32,000 nt of DNA from an uncultured Erysipelotrichaceae bacterium (GCA_964401865.1 CAYNZZ010000005.1:1-32000); one strand, 5' to 3'. Shown: positions 1 to 8,150, counted from the first letter of the stretch. Numbers and translations: made by a program. Notes: generated from the letters alone by a model not told the origin.

Positions 1-43
1 TCTTTAGAGTTGAGCCGGTATCAAGCCCTTATAGGGCGTGAAC

Positions 44-70
44 AAACTACCGGCTCAGCCGGTAGTTTTG
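44..70. terminator. GC-rich hairpin flanked by A-run and T-run (bidirectional intrinsic terminator) with an alternative upstream pairing partner
   Basis: AAACTACCGGC-TCA-GCCGGTAGTTTT. The 5' arm TACCGGCTC (48-56) is also complementary to GAGCCGGTA (12-20), which encloses the hairpin GCCC-TTATA-GGGC (25-37). Confidence 0.6.
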
Positions 71-132
71 ATTGCTTTTAATGATTTTGAGTACAAATTG
101 AGTACAAAATTTCTTTTTAGAATAATTATTTT

Positions 133-291
133 TTATTCAAAAGCTTGTTTTTGTAGAATGATATTTTTATTATCGCTAGTCGCTTTTAAATTATAATCAC
201 TGTCTATGATCTTGTCTATTGTTTCATAAAGTAAATATAATCCTAAAGCAATAAGAATACGACAATTTCTGTTTTTTAAAGTTTCAGTCAT
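133..291 (-). CDS. Small hypothetical protein, 52 aa (MTETLKNRNCRILIALGLYLLYETIDKIIDSDYNLKATSDNKNIILQKQAFE), not in the ORF track
   Basis: ATG lies 12 nt after the stop of the upstream PIN-like gene and is preceded by GAAAGGAAC (RBS-like). Has a hydrophobic N-terminal half and ends just before the hairpin at 44-70. I recognised no homology. Confidence 0.4.
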   Translation of the reverse strand: MTETLKNRNCRILIALGLYLLYETIDKIIDSDYNLKATSDNKNIILQKQAFE

Positions 292-303
292 GATAGTTCC
301 TTT

Positions 304-999
304 CTATACAAAACTTTTGGTAAATTTAGCGATTTGTTTCCAATTACACAATGCATATGTACTTATGCTACCTAATGTAATGCCAATAGGCAATCCATAA
401 TGATCGACGAAGGATTTATTGCGAGGAATTTCTTTAATAATTTCTTTTTCGATGATTCTATCTTTGTATACGATTTCTGGTTGTAGCTTGGTAGTTCTGT
501 CCTTAACACAATCACACATGTTCATATCACCATTTGGACCAATGTAACAAACACTTACTCTACTTCCATAAAATGATTCTAAATCATTAAACTTATATGC
601 ATCGGAAGTAAGTCGTTGATCGTTTGATATAAGTAGTTGAGGAATATTTCTTCTGTTCTCTAAAATAACAGTTAAGATTTTTGGATCAGCAAAATTTTCT
701 CCTTTACTCGCATTGTTATCTAGATACTCTACTTTAAAAATGTCATTATTTGTTTTAATCAAACTTAAAGCTTCTGTTGCGCTAGCTTGTTTGTATGTAT
801 CAACTGATAGTTGATGCTTTGCAAGTTCAGCCATCACACAATCTGGAATTTGGATTTTTTTATTTGATTCAAGAAGTATTGGTCGAACATTTTTGATAAA
901 TAACTCAAATCTTTGAATGTACATCATTGTACACGTATCAATCCAAATAATTTCGTTCTCTCTAATTTGTTTTGTAATGTAATCTAGGTTTGTTGTCAT
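304..999 (-). CDS. PIN-like domain protein with C-terminal hydrophobic helix
   Basis: Start chosen at MTTNLDY (ATG 997-999), with AAGGAG 8 nt upstream. The four acidic PIN motifs appear in order: IWIDTCTMM, IPDCVMAELAKH, FADPKILTVILE, LLISNDQRLTSDA, resembling the YlaK/PhoH-associated PIN. The C-terminus GLPIGITLGSISTYALCNW looks like a membrane anchor. Confidence 0.6.
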   Translation of the reverse strand: MTTNLDYITKQIRENEIIWIDTCTMMYIQRFELFIKNVRPILLESNKKIQIPDCVMAELAKHQLSVDTYKQASATEALSLIKTNNDIFKVEYLDNNASKGENFADPKILTVILENRRNIPQLLISNDQRLTSDAYKFNDLESFYGSRVSVCYIGPNGDMNMCDCVKDRTTKLQPEIVYKDRIIEKEIIKEIPRNKSFVDHYGLPIGITLGSISTYALCNWKQIAKFTKSFV

Positions 1000-1132
1000 A
1001 TTGTTAACTCCTTTTATTTTAATAGTTTCGAAATAAGTATAATTATACAAAAGTGCATAACTTATTAGATTTCGATTTAATTTTTCTTATCTTAAACCAT
1101 TTTTGTCCGCAAATTATATAGTTAAATAAGTG

Positions 1133-1196
1133 TTGAGTAATTATATTATATAAAATATAATGAAATTGAACAGTGGATATAAATGACATAAATGTC
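1133..1196 (+). promoter_or_regulatory. Candidate sigma-A promoter and operator for the HTH gene
   Basis: TTGAGT (1133-1138), 17 nt spacer, TATAAT (1156-1161). Downstream is the palindrome GACAT-AA-ATGTC (1185-1196), embedded in the tandem 9-mers ATAAATGAC/ATAAATGTC (1179-1196). Confidence 0.45.
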
Positions 1197-1217
1197 CGAA
1201 GTATGAGGTGAATGTAG

Positions 1218-1808
1218 ATGGGTAGACCAAAGATAAAAAAGGTTCCAATAAATAGAGAAAGATTTGAAAAAGCATTATATAGAAAAGGATTAAGTATTAA
1301 TAAGTTAAATAAAGATAGAATTATTGAGGTTGATGAAAAAACTATTAGACGAGCTTTGAAAAACGAGGAAATTAATCCGAAAATTCTTGAAAAAATAGGA
1401 GAACGATTAGATGTTGATCCTGATTGGTTGAAAGGGAGAGATATTGAGTTATCGAATAAATTTCGTTTAAATAAACAGCAGATAGAGTATTATCAAAATA
1501 TTGAAAATTTTCCATATAATAAGAATAAATACGAGAGGAATTTTGTCGATTTAGAGAAATATTTAAAGGATACACTTATTTTACAAGGAATACTTTTTGA
1601 TGATTTTGAAAATTTGTCTATTGAAAAACAACATGGATTTAAAATGGAAATGGACTTGGTTTTACAAATGTTAGTATGTAAATATTTTTATGATAAATAT
1701 AAAGGAACAGACAATCTTTTTTTATCTAATAAGGAATTGTATGATTTATCAGTTTCAGTATTGTCTGGGGATGATTATTACAAATTATTTGAATTGTTAG
1801 AACTATAA
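1218..1808 (+). CDS. Hypothetical protein with N-terminal HTH-like region (GRPK motif), unknown C-terminal domain
   Basis: RBS GAGGTG before the ATG. The N-terminus MGRPKIKKVPINRERFEKALYRKGLSINKL...TIRRALKNE resembles resolvase/repressor-type HTH. The rest has no recognisable motifs. Confidence 0.55.
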   Translation: MGRPKIKKVPINRERFEKALYRKGLSINKLNKDRIIEVDEKTIRRALKNEEINPKILEKIGERLDVDPDWLKGRDIELSNKFRLNKQQIEYYQNIENFPYNKNKYERNFVDLEKYLKDTLILQGILFDDFENLSIEKQHGFKMEMDLVLQMLVCKYFYDKYKGTDNLFLSNKELYDLSVSVLSGDDYYKLFELLEL

Positions 1809-1894
1809 GGACTATGGGTTATTATATAAATAAAAGATATGTAAGATAATAACAAATTACAATTTTGATACATGTTTTTATGGAGGTGTTCTAA

Positions 1895-2282
1895 TTGAAA
1901 GCAATAACTATTAAACAACCTTTTGCCACTTTACTTGCAGAAGGATTAAAAGAATATGAATTTAGAACACGGAAAACAAATTATCGTGGCGATATATTAA
2001 TACATGCTGGTAAAACTATTGATAAAGAAGCTATGAAAAGATTTGAACATCTTAATTTGGATTATCCTTTAGGGTGTATTATCGCTAAGGCATCTTTAAC
2101 AGACTGTGTGGAGATAGATGAAGCCATGAAGGACGTTTTAAAAAAAGAATTATGTAATTTATGAAGGAACAACTGAAAGTTATAATTGGCATGGGTATGG
2201 ATTTAAATTAGAAAATATATGCAAAATAAGCCCAATACTAACAAATGGTAAATTAAGTTTATGGGATTATGAAGGTAAAGTT
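1895..2282 (+). pseudogene. ASCH-domain gene interrupted by a frameshift at an A7 run (2140-2146)
   Basis: TTG start with GGAGGTG 6 nt upstream. MKAITIKQPFATLLAEGLKEYEFRTRKTNYRGDILIHAGK is a typical ASCH N-terminus, and this frame stops at 2162-2164. The ASCH-like C-terminus (NYVIYEGTTESYNWHGYGFKLENICKISPILTNGKLSLWDYEGKV) continues in the +1 frame from 2142. Confidence 0.6.
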
Positions 2283-3011
2283 ATGAAAAAAGGATATGAT
2301 ATATTCGGTAAAGCATATGGAATTATGATGAGAAATGATTTACATGATCCTAATTCAATTGATCATGAATTTATGAAAGAAATGATACTTTTAGATGAGG
2401 AAAGTCGTGCTTTTCTATATGATAAAAAACCTGAACAATTTGATATGACAAACCATGAATTATATACATTTGCAAAACAGTTTAAAGGTTCAAACGACAA
2501 ACAAACAATTGAGAACATTTTATTATATACTGCAAATATTGCAGGTAATTGTAATGATGAATTTTCAGAAATGAAATTTGGCGGAACAGAAAAAGAGATA
2601 TTAATGCGAGGAACAGATTGGTGCGCTGATATGTCAAGAGTAGGAGCTGTATTACTTGCTTGCAATGGTATCCCATCCAGAATTATACATTTGGTAAATT
2701 TAAACAAAGCATATAATGGGCATGTGGTGGTAGAAGCGTATTATGAAGGTAAATATGGTGTTTGTGATTTCTTATATGGATACAATTTTTATAGTAAAAA
2801 ACCATTGGATGCTTATACATTAATGTCTCAAAAACAATATTTAGATAATTGTCCAGATGATTATGTAGGATTATATTCGGCTGTAGCGATTAATGAATAT
2901 AATCCAATGGACAAAAGTAATAACTATATAATATCAACCCCTAATCAATATACAATGAATATAATCAATACAAATCATAATGATAAATGGTTTATGGGAG
3001 AAGATTTGTAA
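2283..3011 (+). CDS. Transglutaminase-like cysteine peptidase superfamily protein
   Basis: Cys-His-Asp core motifs: GTDWCADMSRVGAVLLACNGIPSRI, then NGHVVVEAYYEGKYGVCD. GAAGG lies 8 nt before the ATG. The reading frame is open upstream to 2142. Confidence 0.65.
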   Translation: MKKGYDIFGKAYGIMMRNDLHDPNSIDHEFMKEMILLDEESRAFLYDKKPEQFDMTNHELYTFAKQFKGSNDKQTIENILLYTANIAGNCNDEFSEMKFGGTEKEILMRGTDWCADMSRVGAVLLACNGIPSRIIHLVNLNKAYNGHVVVEAYYEGKYGVCDFLYGYNFYSKKPLDAYTLMSQKQYLDNCPDDYVGLYSAVAINEYNPMDKSNNYIISTPNQYTMNIINTNHNDKWFMGEDL

Positions 3012-3201
3012 AAAATATTTGATATATACTTCGGTATTGATTACCATTATATGGGATGTATTTGGGGCAGTCCAAATATCCAAAAGATAAAATAGATAAG
3101 AAATAAGGCAAATTATAAATTAAATTGCATTAAACTAACCGATATAAAAGTTAGTTTAAAATAATCTTTACCGAGTGGGAATAACAAATTAAGTATTTTA
3201 T

Positions 3202-3245
3202 AGTCTTAGAATATACCTTAAATAAAGGCTTTCTAAGACTTTTTT
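3202..3245 (+). terminator. Intrinsic terminator
   Basis: AGTCTTAGAA ... TTCTAAGACT stem followed by TTTTT. Confidence 0.55.
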
Positions 3246-3268
3246 AGTGGCTACAAATTGGCTACATT

Positions 3269-3463
3269 TCATGGATTTTTTGTAACCAATTTGTTAGAAA
3301 TCAAAGAATCTAATTGATTGGCTACTTCAATTTGCTTGTTTGGATATAGATGACTATAGGTATCCATGGTAGTTCGAACACGCTCATGGCCAAGTCTTTC
3401 TGCAATTAAAAGTGGAGAAAATCCTAACTCTACAAGTAAACTGGCATCTATGAAAGAAATCAT
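3269..3463 (-). pseudogene. Tyrosine recombinase/integrase, C-terminal 64-aa remnant
   Basis: ASLLVELGFSPLLIAERLGHERVRTTMDTYSHLYP matches the integrase C-terminal HxxR...LGH...Y catalytic-Tyr region. The N-terminal ~300 aa are absent, and it abuts an opposite-strand Mob fragment 3 bp away. Confidence 0.8.
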
Positions 3464-3466
3464 GCA

Positions 3467-3952
3467 ATGTCAGAAGCACTAGGACAAGATATTCATCATT
3501 ATCATCTTCATGCAGTTTATATTCCAACAGTGGAAAAAGAAATCTTATGGTCTAAGCGATGTAAAGATAAAAATTTAGTCGGAACTGTCAAAGAAGTAAT
3601 CAAACAAGTAAGTTCTAGTAAAAAATGGAATTCTAAATCGGCATTTGATGAAGAAGGACAACCGATTCTGTAAAAGAACGGAAAGCCTATATTAAGAAAG
3701 CCATATAGCGTTCACAGGATGATTTCTTTCAAGTAATGAAAGGCAAAGAACGCTTAGATAAATTACAAAATCAAGTTTTAACTGATGAGAAGAAATTAAA
3801 ACGAATTGAATCGGCTTCTAAAATTCAAAATCAAATTCTAGCACGCTACGAAGAAATAGGAACATACGGGAAAAGAAACTTTTATTGGGAATGTTCAATT
3901 TACAAAACCTGAAGCTAAGAAATTAAAAAAACTTGCGAAACAGAAAAAGTAA
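3467..3952 (+). pseudogene. Mob/Pre-type (MobV-like) relaxase remnant with nonsense codon and frameshifts
   Basis: DIHHYHLHAVYIPTVEKE is the histidine-rich relaxase motif. There is an in-frame TAA at 3671-3673 followed by KNGKPILRKPYS, then frame changes to QDDFFQVMKGKERLDKLQNQV... and FTKPEAKKLKKLAKQKK. Confidence 0.7.
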
Positions 3953-3961
3953 AATAATTAG

Positions 3962-4288
3962 CTTAAAACATTAGGCAAAGAAACTATTGATTTATATAAC
4001 ACTTCAGAAACAAGATCTAATGCAAATAGTTATGGATTAAATTATCAAAAGACTGGTAAGGATTTAATGAGTCAAGATGAAATCACTGTTATGGATGGTA
4101 GCAATTGCATATTTCAACTTAGAGGTGCTAGACCATTTTTATCAGATAAATTTTATATTACTAAGCACGATAATTACAAGTTACTTGAATATTATGATAA
4201 GAAAAATGCTTTTGATATAGAAAAATATATCAATGAAAGAGGTAAAACTAAATTAAATCAAAACACTGTTATTGTTAGGTTTAGATGA
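3962..4288 (+). pseudogene. VirD4/TraG-type conjugative coupling protein, C-terminal remnant
   Basis: LKTLGKETIDLYNTSETRSNANSYGLNYQKTGKDLMSQDEITVMDGSNCIFQLRGARPFLSDKFYITKHDNYKLL matches the C-terminal end of Firmicutes ICE coupling proteins. No ATPase domain lies upstream. Confidence 0.7.
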
Positions 4289-4315
4289 TTTATCACATCG
4301 CTTTGATTGGAGTAA

Positions 4316-4504
4316 TATAGAAAGTTCATTCAAAACACTTTAATAAATTGTTTTGAATTCCAAAAGTTTGGCAATATGGAATTTGTGTATAGAAATAGAG
4401 AATTTTGGTATCAAGGATATTATGTTGATACATTAGTTAATAACATCTAAGCGATAAAAGAGTATATAGCGAATCAAATAGAAACAGATAGGAAACTAGA
4501 TTAA
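4316..4504 (+). mobile_element. IS200/IS605-family TnpA C-terminal remnant (in-frame stop at 4448-4450)
   Basis: FGNMEFVYRNREFWYQGYYVDTLVNNI*AIKEYIANQIETDRKLD matches the conserved GNRxFWxRGYYVDTVG...IxxYIxNQ end of IS200 transposases. The palindrome GCACATATATGTGTGC follows at about 4553-4568. Confidence 0.7.
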
Positions 4505-4599
4505 TTAGCATTGTTCAATCCAAAAGACTCTTTTAAAGCCAGCCATTAAAAAGCACATATATGTGTGCAACTAGCAGTATAAGAGATATGCTCTAAAAT

Positions 4600-4637
4600 A
4601 AAAAAAACAATCAGCATAGCTGGTTGCTTTTTATTTT
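4600..4637. terminator. Bidirectional intrinsic terminator
   Basis: A8 run, stem CAATCAGC-ATA-GCTGGTTG (one G-U pair), then CTTTTTATTTT. Confidence 0.6.
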
Positions 4638-4651
4638 ATTCCAAATGTTAT

Positions 4652-4705
4652 TTTACTTCAATTTTACACAGTTTACTTACAGATTTTACTATCCAAAATT
4701 ACAAT
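4652..4705 (+). promoter_or_regulatory. Pho-box-like direct repeats plus -10 element upstream of pstS
   Basis: Four TTTAC(T/A) hexamers at 4652, 4663, 4672 and 4685, roughly helical spacing. TACAAT lies at 4700-4705 with no -35 consensus. This is the layout expected for a PhoP-activated promoter (Bacillus PhoP consensus: TT(A/T/C)ACA repeats). Confidence 0.5.
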
Positions 4706-4759
4706 ATAGGCGTAGTCAAGAGATAACTGCAAAAACAAATATTAAAGGAGACATAGAAA

Positions 4760-5560
4760 ATGAAGAAAATTATCAGCTTACTCACAGTAGCAATATTGCT
4801 GGCATGTGTGCTTACAGGTTGCAACAGTAACAAGGAAGCAGTCGCAACAGACGGCTCTACCTCGATGAACAATGTTATCAGTGCTTTGGGCGAAGCTTTT
4901 CAGTCAGACAACGGCATTACTGTAACATATAACGCTACCGGTTCCGGCGCAGGCATTCAGGCAGTTCAGGAAGGCAGATGCGATATTGGACTTTCTAGCC
5001 GTAACCTCAAGGATGAGGAAAAATCAAACGGACTCGAAGAAACTATTCTTGCCTATGATGGGATTGCTATTATTGTAAACCCTATTAATCCCGTCGCTAA
5101 CCTTGATGTAGAAACTATCGCAAAAATCTACACTGGCGAAATCACAAATTGGAAGGAAGTTGGTGGCAATGATGCTGAAATAGTACGAATCGGTCGTGAA
5201 GCAGGAAGCGGTACAAGAGATGGCTTTGAATCTATTACCGATACCGAAGGCATGTGTAAATACCGTCAGGAACTGACCTCCACCGGTGATGTTATAACCA
5301 CCGTAGCGAGCAACCCTGCTGCAATCGGTTATGCTTCTTTCGCTTCTATAAAAGATACCGTTAAGGCTCTCACTGTTAACGGTGTTACTCCGAGCGAGGA
5401 AACCATTAAAGATGGCAGTTATGTAGTACAGCGCCCCTTCGTTCTTGTAACCAAAAAGGATGCTACACTTTCGGAAAGTGCTCAGAAGTTCTTTGATTAC
5501 ATTACATCTGAAGCGGCATCTGAAATTATCGGCAACACAGGTGTTGTTCCTGTTAATTAA
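4760..5560 (+). CDS. pstS: Phosphate ABC transporter substrate-binding lipoprotein PstS
   Basis: RBS AAAGGAG and lipobox LLACVLTGC. Motifs GSGAG and REAGSGTR are typical of the PstS/PBP family. It is the first gene of the pstSCAB-phoU order. Confidence 0.9.
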   Translation: MKKIISLLTVAILLACVLTGCNSNKEAVATDGSTSMNNVISALGEAFQSDNGITVTYNATGSGAGIQAVQEGRCDIGLSSRNLKDEEKSNGLEETILAYDGIAIIVNPINPVANLDVETIAKIYTGEITNWKEVGGNDAEIVRIGREAGSGTRDGFESITDTEGMCKYRQELTSTGDVITTVASNPAAIGYASFASIKDTVKALTVNGVTPSEETIKDGSYVVQRPFVLVTKKDATLSESAQKFFDYITSEAASEIIGNTGVVPVN

Positions 5561-5590
5561 GAATTTAGGTACGCTGTAAAAGCACCGTTG

Positions 5591-5657
5591 CTTGTTGTGA
5601 GTACAACAAGGTTCCGGGATATCCGACCGCAATTCAGGTTGCGTACAGCGGTCGGGT
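5591..5657 (+). other. Two GC-rich intercistronic hairpins between pstS and pstC
   Basis: CTTGTTGT-GAGT-ACAACAAG (5591-5610), and ATCCGACCGC ... GCGGTCGGGT (5621-5657, 17-nt loop). Neither is followed by a clear U-run. Confidence 0.6.
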
Positions 5658-5681
5658 CCTTATTCCTTATTGAGGTTTATT

Positions 5682-6554
5682 ATGAATAAAAACAGATTGT
5701 TTGAGGATATAGTACACGGCATATTTCTCATACTTGGTTTAATAACTGTCGGCTGTGTTCTGATCATCACGGTGTACCTTATCATTTCGGGTATACCTGC
5801 CATTAAGGAAATTGGTCTTTTTAATTTCCTTTTTGGCAAAAAATGGGCGCCCACCGCTGTCGAGCCGAAGTATGGAATCTTGCCGTTTATACTGACCAGC
5901 GTGTACGGAACGGCGGGAGCGATAATAATCGGTGTTCCCATCGGATTTTTTACCGCAGTCTTTCTTTCAAAGGTTGCTAACAAAAAGGTAAGAGCTGTAA
6001 TAGAAACCGCTGTCAACCTACTTGCAGGCATCCCGTCGGTTGTGTACGGTTTTATAGGTATGCTTGTGCTTGTACCGGCCATTAGTGAAATTTTTCATGT
6101 ACCGGACGGAGCGAGCTTGCTTGCTGCTATTATAGTGCTTGTGATTATGATACTGCCGAACATTATAAAAGTGTCTATCACAGCGCTTGATGCTGTACCG
6201 AAGGAATATGAGGACGCATCTTTAGCTCTCGGCGCAACTCCAACCGAAACCTTTTTTAAGGTGTCTGTACCTGCTGCAAAAAGTGGTATTGCCACTGCAG
6301 TTGTACTGGGTGTTGGTCGTACTATCGGTGAAGCAATGGCAGTAATGATGGTTGCCGGTAATGTAGCCAATATGCCTTCTCTTTTTGAGAGTGTTCGTTT
6401 CCTTACCACCGCTGTGGCAAGTGAAATGGCTTACTCAAGTCCCGGAAGTTTGCATAGAAACGCTCTGTTTTCCATCGCCTTTGTTCTGTTCCTGTTTATT
6501 ATGCTGATTAATGCTACACTCAATTTCTTCTTGAAACGTGATAAGGAGAAATAA
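5682..6554 (+). CDS. pstC: Phosphate ABC transporter permease PstC
   Basis: Start at ATG 5682 (GAGG 6 nt upstream) rather than the track's TTG at 5670. Multi-pass membrane protein with the EAA-loop-like segment EASLALGATPTETFFKVSVP. Confidence 0.9.
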   Translation: MNKNRLFEDIVHGIFLILGLITVGCVLIITVYLIISGIPAIKEIGLFNFLFGKKWAPTAVEPKYGILPFILTSVYGTAGAIIIGVPIGFFTAVFLSKVANKKVRAVIETAVNLLAGIPSVVYGFIGMLVLVPAISEIFHVPDGASLLAAIIVLVIMILPNIIKVSITALDAVPKEYEDASLALGATPTETFFKVSVPAAKSGIATAVVLGVGRTIGEAMAVMMVAGNVANMPSLFESVRFLTTAVASEMAYSSPGSLHRNALFSIAFVLFLFIMLINATLNFFLKRDKEK

Positions 6555-6555
6555 G

Positions 6556-7398
6556 ATGAATAAAAAAAGAAAACTATATATCGGTTTTATGCGTGGCATA
6601 ATGTATGCTTGCACCGCATTCACAGTGGCACTTGCACTGTTCTTATTCGGATATGTTTTAATGAATGGTATCCCTAACATCACTTGGGAGCTACTTTCCA
6701 CTAAACCAAGCTACTTAACCCAACGAATAGGTATTTTGCCCGATATTCTGAATACGATTTACATAGTGCTTGCGACACTTGTTATTGTATTACCTCTCGG
6801 TGTCGGTGCGGCAATTTACCTTACTGAGTATGCAAAAAAACAAAAAATAATGGCTATGATTGAATACGCTGCTGAAACCCTCTCGGGCATTCCGTCTATT
6901 ATTTATGGTCTTGTAGGTATGCTACTTTTTTCCAACAATTTTGGTACAAGCCTGCTATCAGGTGCGTTGACACTTGTTATTATGAATCTTCCTACCGTTA
7001 TGCGTACAACGCAAGAAAGTCTAAAAACCGTTCCACAGAGCTACCGTGAAGGTGCTTTCGGTTTGGGTGCAGGTAAGTGGTGTGTGATTCGTACTGTTGT
7101 ACTTCCTGGATGTGTAGATGGTGTTGTTACCGGCTGTATTCTATCTGTTGGTCGCATTCTTGGCGAATCGGCAGCACTCCTCTTTACCGCAGGATTTGCT
7201 CATGCACTTAACGGTATTTTCACGGGGCTGACTTCTCCCGGTGCAACTTTGACAGTTGCTCTTTACGTGTACGCAAAAGAAGAAGGAGAATTTGGTGTTG
7301 CCTTTGCTATCGCTGCAATTCTAATGGTACTGACATTACTGATAAATCTATCTACCACATTGGTGGGTAAATACTTTGTCAAAAGGAGAAGCATATGA
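6556..7398 (+). CDS. pstA: Phosphate ABC transporter permease PstA
   Basis: Start MNKKRKL has AAGGAG upstream. Contains [22 protein letters not shown] (EAA loop). Adjacent to pstC and pstB. Confidence 0.9.
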   Translation: MNKKRKLYIGFMRGIMYACTAFTVALALFLFGYVLMNGIPNITWELLSTKPSYLTQRIGILPDILNTIYIVLATLVIVLPLGVGAAIYLTEYAKKQKIMAMIEYAAETLSGIPSIIYGLVGMLLFSNNFGTSLLSGALTLVIMNLPTVMRTTQESLKTVPQSYREGAFGLGAGKWCVIRTVVLPGCVDGVVTGCILSVGRILGESAALLFTAGFAHALNGIFTGLTSPGATLTVALYVYAKEEGEFGVAFAIAAILMVLTLLINLSTTLVGKYFVKRRSI

Positions 7399-8150
7399 GT
7401 GAAATAATGACTGCTAAAAACCTGTGCCTTTGGTACGGCGAAAATCAAGCCTTAAAGAACATCAATATAAACATTCCCGAAAAGAGTATTACAGCGCTAA
7501 TCGGTCCTTCAGGATGTGGGAAATCTACCTTTCTCAAAACCCTAAACCGCATGAATGATCTTATTCCGATTGTAAAAATTACGGGCGAGGTCTTATATAA
7601 CGGTCGCAACATATTTGATAAGGATGTGGATGTGAACGAGTTGCGCCGGGATGTTGGCATGGTGTTTCAGAAACCTAATCCCTTTCCGATGAGCATTTAC
7701 GATAATATTGCCTACGGTCCTCGTACACATGGTATTACAAATAAGGTAAAGCTTGATGAAATTGTAGAGCAGGCTCTTCGGGATGCGGCAATTTGGGATG
7801 AAGTAAAAGATAGACTTAAAAAGAATGCTATCGGTCTTTCGGGTGGTCAGCAACAAAGGCTTTGCATTGCTCGTGCCCTTGCTGTAGAGCCGAAAGTTTT
7901 ACTTATGGATGAGCCGACTTCGGCACTCGATCCTATCTCCACCTCTCGAATTGAGGAGCTTGCACAGCAATTAAAGGACAAATATACTATAATTATAGTA
8001 ACTCATAATATGCAACAGGCGGTTCGTATTTCGGATAATACAGCATTCTTCCTTCTTGGAGAGTTAGTGGAAGTCGGTGAAACCGAGAAGCTATTCTCAC
8101 AGCCCATCGATAAGCGCACTGAAGATTACATTACAGGAAGGTTTGGTTAA
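7395..8150 (+). CDS. pstB: Phosphate ABC transporter ATP-binding protein PstB
   Basis: Walker [10 protein letters not shown], signature LSGGQQQRL, Walker [12 protein letters not shown], and the PstB-typical motifs YG and [11 protein letters not shown]. Confidence 0.95.
   Translation: MSEIMTAKNLCLWYGENQALKNININIPEKSITALIGPSGCGKSTFLKTLNRMNDLIPIVKITGEVLYNGRNIFDKDVDVNELRRDVGMVFQKPNPFPMSIYDNIAYGPRTHGITNKVKLDEIVEQALRDAAIWDEVKDRLKKNAIGLSGGQQQRLCIARALAVEPKVLLMDEPTSALDPISTSRIEELAQQLKDKYTIIIVTHNMQQAVRISDNTAFFLLGELVEVGETEKLFSQPIDKRTEDYITGRFG

Noticed and set aside
12-56. GAGCCGGTA...TACCGGCTC helix as a group II intron domain V
   Set aside because: It begins with a GAGCC-like sequence, but the element is about 45 nt with large internal loops and a UUAUA loop. 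Domain V is a compact 34-nt hairpin with a 2-nt bulge and a GNRA tetraloop. There are no intron-encoded protein or exon-binding features nearby.
87-108. Perfect tandem duplication TTGAGTACAAA x2, with a third TTGAGTA at the -35 of the HTH gene (1133-1139)
   Set aside because: A 7-11 nt AT-rich motif recurring a few times in 32 kb is within chance. The duplication does not flank anything, so I could not support a target-site duplication or operator role.
3173-3195. ACCGAGTGGGAATAA near the integrase end resembling ACCTAGCGGGAATAA at 11208-11222, as possible att-site direct repeats bounding the island
   Set aside because: The match is only 13/15 nt. My rough estimate is that thousands of such matches are expected by chance in a window of this size and composition, and the surrounding sequence does not align.
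4624-4830. 68-aa ORF across the pstS promoter and start
   Set aside because: It overlaps the terminator, the Pho-box repeats and the pstS signal-peptide region out of frame, and has no RBS.
5024-6409. Long minus-strand ORFs (5024-5632, 5660-6082, 6095-6409) opposite pstS/pstC
   Set aside because: They lie entirely antisense to well-supported pst genes, have no RBS or recognisable motifs, and have low-complexity composition typical of shadow ORFs in a GC-richer region. The same applies to 7263-7856, 8097-8571, 8848-9306, 10159-10515 and 10762-11184.
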